64,000 nucleotides of DNA from Syntrophaceae bacterium (GTDB taxonomy: Bacteria; Desulfobacterota; Desulfomonilia; UBA1062). Position 1 is the stretch's first letter, and each line of letters opens with the position of its first letter. The notes under the pieces were generated by a model. The model was not told the DNA's origin and did no database searches. It worked only from the letters and a program-made list of their open reading frames with translations. The position numbers and the translations under genes are program-made. The stretch is taken from NCBI GenBank assembly GCA_039680665.1, contig JBDKSM010000143.1:31050-95049 (forward strand), given 5' to 3'. This document shows positions 21,814 to 29,120 of this stretch, piece by piece.

Positions 21814-21846
21814 GCCCGGACCGCACAGGTCCGGGCATTTTTCTTT
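21814..21846 (+). terminator. intrinsic terminator
   Basis: GCCCGGACC-gcaca-GGTCCGGGC followed by ATTTTTCTTT. Confidence 0.7.
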
Positions 21847-22107
21847 CCCCTTGATCGGCTTAAAACAATGCCATACTCCCTGCAGACATCTCTTTACAGA
21901 TCCCCAATGAAATTGCCTTGGACAACAATCCGTGATCATGGTATATTCTGACGGGTGATATTTATTGAAATGTTCGTGATGAGTAGCGTGCTGGGTACGG
22001 ACAAATCGGACCATTGCCTGATCAAACACCGTAGTACTGCAATGTCGATAACTTTTTAATCCCCTGCCGGAAAATACCGTGCAGGAGATCTGATGATAGG
22101 AGGAAGC

Positions 22108-22731
22108 ATGAGCCTACCGGAAAAAACCCATACAGCGATCAAAGATCAGATAACCAATGCAACGTTGAGCTTATTATTGACCGAAGGGCTGGAGGCTACC
22201 AATCTTTCAAAAATTGCCAGCGAGGCGAATATCTCCGAGCAGGAACTGCTGAGCTACTTCAAAGACAGGCGGGAAATCTTGCTGGCTTCAATGGATTATA
22301 TCTGCAAGCGTCTCGTCGATTACATAAACTCCGCCGAAGAAGATATCGTCTTGTTTATCTTGCTGGTAAGAGCGGTTATGATCGACGCCGAAGAGGTTCA
22401 CCATGAAGATCCTTGGACTCAGTTTGAAGAGATCACAAATGCTACCAGCAAGAAGCTGCAGGAGGCTCTTCAGAAGAAATTCCTCATTGATCTGGATAAG
22501 ACAAATGGATTGTTGCAGCATAAGGGTGATGGAATTTCAAAGACACCTTCGAACGGGAGCCTTCCCGCATGGGAGATCTTTTCGATGGGATTTGCCCTCG
22601 TCTTTGCCAATATCTTGGGGTATGGAGATATCATAGCTCAAAAAAAATTGCGTGAAGCTATTGAAGGCATCATCAATGACAAGATACCTGCAAGGGACAT
22701 CAGACGCACTGGGATAGACCCGCCCACTTAA
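22108..22731 (+). CDS. TetR-like transcriptional regulator in a visibly AT-richer gene
   Basis: The N-terminus ITNATLSLLLTEGLEATNLSKIASEANISEQELLSYFKDRREIL resembles a TetR_N HTH. Start at MSLPEK (22108) with SD AGGAGGA. Codon usage is visibly A/T-richer than in neighbouring genes. Confidence 0.55.
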   Translation: MSLPEKTHTAIKDQITNATLSLLLTEGLEATNLSKIASEANISEQELLSYFKDRREILLASMDYICKRLVDYINSAEEDIVLFILLVRAVMIDAEEVHHEDPWTQFEEITNATSKKLQEALQKKFLIDLDKTNGLLQHKGDGISKTPSNGSLPAWEIFSMGFALVFANILGYGDIIAQKKLREAIEGIINDKIPARDIRRTGIDPPT

Positions 22732-22777
22732 AAGCGGTCGGTATTCCACGTAAGGCATCCCTCCGCAGAGGTATGCC

Positions 22778-23836
22778 TTACTCCTTCGGAATCCAAGAAA
22801 ACCACCGCATCGGTTCTTTGACGGCCTGCTTGAGCTTCGGATTTCTCCAGCAGTCGAAACGCGCCTTCACAATGGCAAGCCGGAGAAGCTGTTTATTGAA
22901 TGGCATGCGGTCCATCTTTTCTTTGCGGGCGAGCTTATTGGCAAAACCGCACGAGAATTTCTGGAAGTCTTGCTTGGCTTGCTCGGGATCGGTCACCGCC
23001 AGGCTGGCCACTTTGCCCGAGAGCAAGGCCCCTACGATGCCGTAGCCCCAGAAGGGCTCAATCATGCCGCTAAGCGTCCCGGCCAGAATCTTGTCGTTCC
23101 AGTAGAGCTTGGTTTCGCGGGGGAAGTATCCGAGGAAATTTCTCCAGCGCGGGAAATCCAGACCATAGCTGTCCTTAAGCACCTGTCTGAAACGTTCAAG
23201 ATCATGTTCATGAAGCGGCGTACGCGAGAAGAGCAAGGCGAACATCATGCCGTTGAGCGCGGCGGAGTAGCCATAGTCCACACTGAAGCGACCCATGTGA
23301 ATAGCCCCGTGCGAGCCGCCTTTATCCCAGGGAATCGTAGCGAGGTATCCATAGGTTGAACTGTATTTCACCCCAACGAGCTCGTAGACCTCCTTATAGA
23401 GTCCTGTGGCGATGATACTGCCGGCCGGAGCCGCTTGCAGCGCATCGGGGTCAAGCGCATGGCCGAAACGGAACTCGACGCCTGCCTCTTGGGCCAAAGC
23501 GAAGAGTCTGCGGTCGATCGAGGTTTCCCGCGGCCCCCGCTCCACATTGTAGGCCTTGGAATTGTGCACATAGGGCGGCAGCGTCAGGCGCTTGGAATCA
23601 TACCAGAACTCGGGATAGATATCGGTCGGAACGAAATACTCCGAGAGATCGATGCCGATATAGTCCCAGGTCTGCCGAGGCTGCAAGGGGGTGGTATGGA
23701 TGGAGGGATGGACATCAGGCGAGCCGCCGATAGCCGATTCACGGTCGTAAATTGTAACCTTGTGCCCCTGACGTGCCAAATCAATGCCCGCGACCATGCC
23801 GGCCAATCCGGCGCCGAAGATGGATACATGTTTCAT
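22778..23836 (-). CDS. FAD/NAD(P)-binding oxidoreductase, paralog 1 of an uncharacterised family
   Basis: Rossmann motif VSIFGAGLAGMVAGIDLARQGHKVTIYDR. Family motifs shared with 50215..51195 and 57431..58495 are GG.P..HPSIH.TP, ERGPRE.S, P.GSIIATGL and ILAGTLSG. The first ATG is at 23836; the ORF track's 23860 start is a TTG. Confidence 0.75.
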   Translation of the reverse strand: MKHVSIFGAGLAGMVAGIDLARQGHKVTIYDRESAIGGSPDVHPSIHTTPLQPRQTWDYIGIDLSEYFVPTDIYPEFWYDSKRLTLPPYVHNSKAYNVERGPRETSIDRRLFALAQEAGVEFRFGHALDPDALQAAPAGSIIATGLYKEVYELVGVKYSSTYGYLATIPWDKGGSHGAIHMGRFSVDYGYSAALNGMMFALLFSRTPLHEHDLERFRQVLKDSYGLDFPRWRNFLGYFPRETKLYWNDKILAGTLSGMIEPFWGYGIVGALLSGKVASLAVTDPEQAKQDFQKFSCGFANKLARKEKMDRMPFNKQLLRLAIVKARFDCWRNPKLKQAVKEPMRWFSWIPKE

Positions 23837-23935
23837 CAGTACATGGACCTCCTCTGCCAATATTCAGTTATCTCTCCACGAGACATTCAATGCCAAAAAC
23901 AAGCGATTCAATCCATGGCCGCCCAGGCAGCCCGA

Positions 23936-24583
23936 TCACGATCGCGATGCAACCTTCAATCCCTTGCTATCCGCCGGTGTCAGGCCCTTGATAATGACTT
24001 CCAGGATCTGATCCGTGGCATCCTTGATGGAGATCTCATTCAAGGCATTCCTTTGGGGACGAAAGACGTATTGCCTGATGGCCATCTCCACTGATCCATT
24101 GAGCATGTATGAGGCCATGATCGGGGTTATCTTCTTGCTGAACAAGCCCATTTCCTGGCCTTCCCGTACGATCTCGGCCGCACCCTCCAGCGAGAGCTCG
24201 TAGAGTTTCTGGTTCTCCTCATCATGAAATCTGTTCAGCATGGGGATGTCCATGATCATGACCTTCACCAGATCAGGGCTTTTCTGAAAATTATCAAAGA
24301 CATACTGTACCAAGCAACGCAGCTTATCGCGCGGATCGAAATAATCCCGGCTGATCTGTTCGATCTTCTTCAGATAGACCTGCGTGTTCTCCTGAAAGAT
24401 GGCGATCAGCAGATCATCCTTGCTGGGGAAGTACCGGTATATCAGGCCATACGCGATCCCGGCTTCCTCCGCAATATCAGCCACGCGGCATCCGGAATAC
24501 CCCTGCTGCGCAAAGACCTTAACGGCCGCCTTCAGTATTAAATTTCTCTTGGAAAGATTCAATTTCGGTTCCGCCATGGGCAT
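23936..24583 (-). CDS. TetR/AcrR-family transcriptional regulator
   Basis: LILKAAVKVFAQQGYSGCRVADIAEEAGIAYGLIYRYFPSKDDLL. Start at MPMAEPK (ATG complement 24581-24583) with SD AGGAG. Confidence 0.85.
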   Translation of the reverse strand: MPMAEPKLNLSKRNLILKAAVKVFAQQGYSGCRVADIAEEAGIAYGLIYRYFPSKDDLLIAIFQENTQVYLKKIEQISRDYFDPRDKLRCLVQYVFDNFQKSPDLVKVMIMDIPMLNRFHDEENQKLYELSLEGAAEIVREGQEMGLFSKKITPIMASYMLNGSVEMAIRQYVFRPQRNALNEISIKDATDQILEVIIKGLTPADSKGLKVASRS

Positions 24584-24761
24584 GCCTTCTCCTGCTTTTC
24601 CCGTCCTTTCACCATTAACGCGGCCTTTGCTTAAGGTCAAGACCCGATCACATTGAATCTATTCAACTTATGGAGCAGGCCAGGTACACCTTTTCCATGC
24701 CCGTCCACGCCGGTTGCCTGTACCGCCACGGTGATCGCAATATCCTCATTACATCCCCCGA

Positions 24762-25544
24762 TTATGCCGACGGCACCATCTCCCGGGCAATCAAGGCGGC
24801 GCCGATTGCCCCCACCATCTGCGGGTCCCAGCCGATCTTGTGGATCTTCACCCCCAGCGCTTCCTCAAGGGCGTTGAACATCCCCTCATTCTTCGCCACT
24901 CCGCCGGTCATGCCCACCTCCCCTTCCACGACGATCCCCTTGGCCAGGGCCGCCACCCGATGAGCCATGGCACGGTGCAGACCGCAAACAATATCCGGTA
25001 CGGGCTTGCCCGCGTTGATCAGCGACACGATCTCGGTTTCGGCAAATATCACGCACTGGTTCGAGACCTTGACCGGCGTTGTGGATTTCTGTGAGACCGA
25101 ACCCAGATCTTCCAGCCGCACGCCTAAAGGTTTGGCCATCACCTCTAGGAACCTGCCGGTACCAGCGGCGCACTTGTCGTTATAGGCATAGCGTATGACC
25201 TTCCCCTTTTCATCGAGCTTGATGGCCTTGGCGTCCTGGCCGCCGATATCGATGACCATGCGGATGGATGGTTCAAGCCACTGGGCCCCCCGGCCATGAC
25301 AGACGATCTCGGATTCAACGGCCTGGGCGAACGTGACCTGTTTCCTGCCATAACCGGTACCAACACAGCGCTCCACCTGATCCATGCGCATGCCTGCCTG
25401 GGCAAGGGCCTGCGCCATGACCTCGCGCGCCGATTCCTCGGGATCGGGTTTATCCCGCATGACGCAGGCAGCCAGGATGTTACTGTCCTCCATGATGACC
25501 GCCTTGGCGGTCCGCGATCCGATATCGCATCCGGCCACGATCAT
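24762..25544 (-). CDS. BcrAD/BadFG/HgdC-family ATPase (electron-activating subunit, copy 2)
   Basis: MIVAGCDIGSRTAKAV...DIGGQDAKAI...NDKCAAGTGRFLEVMA...SNQCVIFAETEIVS carries the ASKHA ATPase motifs and both Cys that ligate the bridging [4Fe-4S] cluster. ATGA overlap with the upstream ATPase gene (25541-25544). Confidence 0.85.
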   Translation of the reverse strand: MIVAGCDIGSRTAKAVIMEDSNILAACVMRDKPDPEESAREVMAQALAQAGMRMDQVERCVGTGYGRKQVTFAQAVESEIVCHGRGAQWLEPSIRMVIDIGGQDAKAIKLDEKGKVIRYAYNDKCAAGTGRFLEVMAKPLGVRLEDLGSVSQKSTTPVKVSNQCVIFAETEIVSLINAGKPVPDIVCGLHRAMAHRVAALAKGIVVEGEVGMTGGVAKNEGMFNALEEALGVKIHKIGWDPQMVGAIGAALIAREMVPSA

Positions 25545-26317
25545 AAACTCACCCCCCTGGCCAGCAGGGCCGCCCCGAGCGCGCCCACGATCTGGGGATC
25601 GACCGGCAAACGCCGCACGCGCATGCCGGTTATGGATTCCAATGACTTGACCACCCCCATGTTCTTGGCCACCCCGCCGGTCATGCACAGGTCGTTCTCG
25701 ATCCCGATGGTATTGATCAGCGTGGCCACGCGGCCGGCCATGGCATCATTGATGCCGGCGCAGATGTCAGGAAGCGGTGTGCGCTCACCCACCAGCCGGA
25801 TGATCTCGGCCTGGGCCCAGACCGTACAGGCGCTGGCAAGAACGGCCGGCTGTTTGGACTTCAGGGAAAGCTGGCCCAGATCCTCGAGCGTGATCCCCAT
25901 GAGATCGGCCATGACCTCCAGGAACCGGCCGGTGCCCGAGGCGCACTTGTCATTGGTGTAAAATTTGGCGATCTGGCCCTTGGCGTCGACCCGCATGGCC
26001 TTGCAGTCCTGGCCGCCGATATCGATGATGGTGCGCACCGCGGGCATGATCCAGTGGGCGCCTTTGGCATGGCAGACCAGTTCGGAAATGCACTGATCCG
26101 CAAACGGGATCTTTTCCCGGCCGTATCCCGTGCCCACGCAACGTTTAATATCCTGTTTGCCGATCTGTGACAACGCCAGCGCTTTGTGCAGCACCTCCTC
26201 AGCCGAGCGCGCGGGACTGGTATTGGCGTCGATCACGGCATAGCCCAGAATCCTGGTCTGGCCCAGCACGACCGCCTTGGCCGTTAGGGAACCGACATCG
26301 CATCCGGCCACGATCAT
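25541..26317 (-). CDS. BcrAD/BadFG/HgdC-family ATPase (electron-activating subunit, copy 1)
   Basis: MIVAGCDVGSLTAKAV...DIGGQDCKAM...NDKCASGTGRFLEVMA...ASACTVWAQAEII. ATGA overlap with the upstream gene (26314-26317). Confidence 0.85.
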   Translation of the reverse strand: MIVAGCDVGSLTAKAVVLGQTRILGYAVIDANTSPARSAEEVLHKALALSQIGKQDIKRCVGTGYGREKIPFADQCISELVCHAKGAHWIMPAVRTIIDIGGQDCKAMRVDAKGQIAKFYTNDKCASGTGRFLEVMADLMGITLEDLGQLSLKSKQPAVLASACTVWAQAEIIRLVGERTPLPDICAGINDAMAGRVATLINTIGIENDLCMTGGVAKNMGVVKSLESITGMRVRRLPVDPQIVGALGAALLARGVSL

Positions 26318-27708
26318 TGCAGTACCCCCCTGATTTTCAAAAATTCGCTGCACTTGCCGATCAGGTTGTCCACCGGGTCCACCCGGTTGTCAAAGGAATC
26401 GCCGTAGCTGACAAAGGTGGGGTAGCCCGCCTTCTCCAGATCCCTGACCATGAGCTTGACATTGCTCCAGGTGTTACGGCACCCCATGGTCCCGATATAG
26501 AATAAGACATCCGGTTTGACGATGCGGGCCATGGAGAGCGTGTCGTCCAGCCACATCATGGGGGCGTCATAAGGGCCCCTGATATTCTTGACCATGGGAA
26601 AGCGCGAGGTCTGGAGCGCCAGCGAATCGATGATTTTGTCATAGGATGAAAGATCCATTTCATAGCCCTCCTCCGGATGCTTGAGGAAGGGGTTGCCCTT
26701 GGGCCAGAAATCGTTCAAAAAGGCCGCGACATTCGAAATGCCCTGTTTGCGGTTCCATATGATCCATTTGATGTTGGGGCAGAAATGATCGATGTAGAAG
26801 AAAAAGGCCCGCACCTTTTCCTCGCCGACCCCGGCAATACCCTTGGCGGCATTGGCCTTGGCGATCCTGAGCATGGATTCCAGGAGCGTGGTATACTGCT
26901 TGGATCCCAGATAGATCATGCGGAAGGCGAAGTTCATCATGGCATACAGGGGGGGCATGGGGCAGGGGATGATCTGCTGCAGGTCCTGGAGTTCGTTGAA
27001 CATCTTGTCCTGGATCACGATCTCATCGGCCACTTCACGCAACCGGTCCATGTCCATCTTGCGGCCCGTCTGTTCCTCCAGGAAGGCCACCATGTTGCGA
27101 AAGTCCGCGCGGTGGTATTCGGCGGCCCTCTCGTCCGTCAGGGTGGGCGGATAATTGATGTTACACTGCGGGATGCCCAGATAGGACGAGGCAAAGGCAT
27201 AGGAAACGGCGTTGGAGTCGCACACCCCGGCCGTGGAGTACAGGATCATGTCGGGTTTTACGCCCAGTCCCGCCAGGATCGGACCCAGGGCGAGCCGCTG
27301 TCCGGTGCAGGAAGTCTCGGTGAAGCCTTTTTCGCAGCCGAAGTCCAGACAGTCGCTGATGCCCTGCTTCCATACGGCCGTGTAGAAGGTGGTCATGGCC
27401 TCGAGGCAGAACGGCACGATGTCGAAGGCATGCAGGATGGCGGGCGAGAAGTTGAAGGTGACCAGGGCCACCTTCTTGCCATGCGCATGCGCATTGACGA
27501 TTTCCTCAATGTAGTCTCTGATGAAGGTCACCATGAGCACGCCCGGCTCGCCGGTGCGGATGATCTCGTCCAAGGCGTCCCGATAGCTGGGGGCATAATT
27601 CAGTGAGTACTGATATTCCTTCTGCGTGGCGTTGGACAGGCCCAGCGCCTTGCGGGCCAGGCTTCCGAGACGCCAGTCAAAATCATATTCTTTAAACACT
27701 TCGCGCAT
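26314..27708 (-). CDS. 2-hydroxyacyl-CoA dehydratase / benzoyl-CoA reductase B (BzdO/BcrB/HgdA-like) subunit
   Basis: 464 aa. The HGD-D family look and size match BcrB/BzdO, and it is adjacent to two activator-type ATPases and a BcrC-like gene. Assignment rests on overall resemblance and context, not a computed alignment. Confidence 0.7.
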   Translation of the reverse strand: MREVFKEYDFDWRLGSLARKALGLSNATQKEYQYSLNYAPSYRDALDEIIRTGEPGVLMVTFIRDYIEEIVNAHAHGKKVALVTFNFSPAILHAFDIVPFCLEAMTTFYTAVWKQGISDCLDFGCEKGFTETSCTGQRLALGPILAGLGVKPDMILYSTAGVCDSNAVSYAFASSYLGIPQCNINYPPTLTDERAAEYHRADFRNMVAFLEEQTGRKMDMDRLREVADEIVIQDKMFNELQDLQQIIPCPMPPLYAMMNFAFRMIYLGSKQYTTLLESMLRIAKANAAKGIAGVGEEKVRAFFFYIDHFCPNIKWIIWNRKQGISNVAAFLNDFWPKGNPFLKHPEEGYEMDLSSYDKIIDSLALQTSRFPMVKNIRGPYDAPMMWLDDTLSMARIVKPDVLFYIGTMGCRNTWSNVKLMVRDLEKAGYPTFVSYGDSFDNRVDPVDNLIGKCSEFLKIRGVLQ

Positions 27709-27717
27709 AGGTCCCCC

Positions 27718-27963
27718 TTAGATACTCAGGCTCATGGAAGCCCCGCTCTTGAAGCGCTGTATATACAGCCGTGCCCGGTCCTTCAGAATGTCCATGGTGT
27801 TCTGTTTGGCAATATGGTTCAGGACCGGCAGGGCATGCTCGCGGAAAAGGGTCAGGGCATCGATGGCCCGCTGGCGTTCGGCCACCATACGCTCCTCATC
27901 CATGGCGATACTCAAAAGCGTCTCCATGGTTATCATCTGATGGTCCACACAATCTTGACACAT
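27718..27963 (-). CDS. small helical protein (81 aa) inserted between the two HGD-D-family subunit genes; unknown function
   Basis: MCQDCVDHQMITMETLLSIAMDEERMVAERQRAIDALTLFREHALPVLNHIAKQN.... ATG complement 27961-27963 with SD GGAGGTG. It fills the gap between 27987 and 27708 exactly. Confidence 0.5.
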   Translation of the reverse strand: MCQDCVDHQMITMETLLSIAMDEERMVAERQRAIDALTLFREHALPVLNHIAKQNTMDILKDRARLYIQRFKSGASMSLSI

Positions 27964-27986
27964 AGGCTCACCTCCATTTCCGTTTT

Positions 27987-29120
27987 TTACTGGATCCGCT
28001 CCAGAAAGGCATCCACCCGCATGCGCACGCGGCCGTCCTCGACCAGGGGACCATACTCCCGTTCGATGCGTATGCACGGGATGCCCATGGCCTCCAGATC
28101 GCGTTCGAAAAGGCCGTTTTCCGAGCCGTGCATGTCGCAGAAACGGACATTCTGCAGGATGACCCCGTCCACCTTGGCCTTGAGCGCCTTTTCCTTGAGG
28201 CTCTGATAGCGGGGCTGATAGTAGGCGAACATGCGCGGGCAGAAGCTGCGGTTCAGGTAGCGTTCGGACAGGGCTTTAACCGGGTCACCCTCGGTGCTTA
28301 CCAGATCGTCGAAGAGCTTGGAGCCGAAGCAGAGCGTGTCAGCCACGACCACGGCGCCGGCCTCCTCGATGACCCGCACCAGATCGGTATCATCGGTCAC
28401 GCTGCCGCCTAAGAGCACGCGCTTGCCTTTCATCCCATTGGGCTTGGCCTGTTCCAGCTCTCCCAAGGTTTCCTCCAGCAGGGGTACGTATTCGCTCCAC
28501 GGCAGGGCCGTGGAGGCCAGGATGATGGTGGTGGCATCGGTCCCGGAGATAACAATCTCATCGCGCATGCGCAGCTTTTCCAGACGCTGCAATAGCCGCC
28601 GACCCGTATTGTAGAGCTCGATCTGCTCCCGTAAGCGCTCGTCCGTGATCTTGACACCGAAATGGTTCTCCAGACTCTCAATGAGCAGGCGATTTTCCTC
28701 CTCGAACCACTTCAGGCTGTACGGCTCAACCTTATGCGGCGTGCCATAGTAGTGGTAGTAGGCCGGCAGGATACCCGGAATATCTTCATTGGCCTTGCGC
28801 CAGCACTCCTCCAGACGCCGCATGGTGTCACAGCCGTTGGTGATGATGGCGCCGTCGAGAAAGCGGTATGTGCCTTCCCCGGCCAATTGCAACAGGCATT
28901 TGGGATAACTGCAGACCACGGGCCCGTAATAGCTGTCGCCGATGTCCGTGGTGGCTGCCTCGATCCCCCGCAAGCGGTAGGGCAGCAGACCGGCCGCGCC
29001 GATGATCTCGGAAGGCACGTAGGTGCACGAATACCCCACCACCTTTTTGCCGGCGGCCTTCCAGGCCTGTACCGAGCCGTTATTGAGCTGATTTGCCGCT
29101 TCGCTGAGCTCTTTTCTCAC
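27987..29120 (-). CDS. 2-hydroxyacyl-CoA dehydratase / benzoyl-CoA reductase C (BzdN/BcrC/HgdB-like) subunit
   Basis: 377 aa. The N-terminus WKAAGKKVVGYSCTYVPSEIIGAAGLLPYRL is typical of the HGD-D family. GTG start at 29120 is preceded by AGGAGGTG. Confidence 0.7.
   Translation of the reverse strand: MRKELSEAANQLNNGSVQAWKAAGKKVVGYSCTYVPSEIIGAAGLLPYRLRGIEAATTDIGDSYYGPVVCSYPKCLLQLAGEGTYRFLDGAIITNGCDTMRRLEECWRKANEDIPGILPAYYHYYGTPHKVEPYSLKWFEEENRLLIESLENHFGVKITDERLREQIELYNTGRRLLQRLEKLRMRDEIVISGTDATTIILASTALPWSEYVPLLEETLGELEQAKPNGMKGKRVLLGGSVTDDTDLVRVIEEAGAVVVADTLCFGSKLFDDLVSTEGDPVKALSERYLNRSFCPRMFAYYQPRYQSLKEKALKAKVDGVILQNVRFCDMHGSENGLFERDLEAMGIPCIRIEREYGPLVEDGRVRMRVDAFLERIQ

Noticed and set aside
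21802-22029. 75-aa minus-strand ORF in the 21730-22092 spacer
   Set aside because: It overlaps the intrinsic terminator hairpin of the upstream plus-strand gene, has no SD, and shows His/Cys-rich odd composition without an ordered motif. It is probably non-coding spacer.
26677-27606. Long antisense ORFs inside catabolic genes (26677..27606, 33047..34192, 37258..38541, 43723..44511, 48226..49152, 53548..54273, 56671..57639, among others)
   Set aside because: All lie wholly within strongly supported genes on the other strand. They have Arg/Gly/His/Asp-rich low-complexity composition typical of GC-rich antisense frames, and no recognisable domains.
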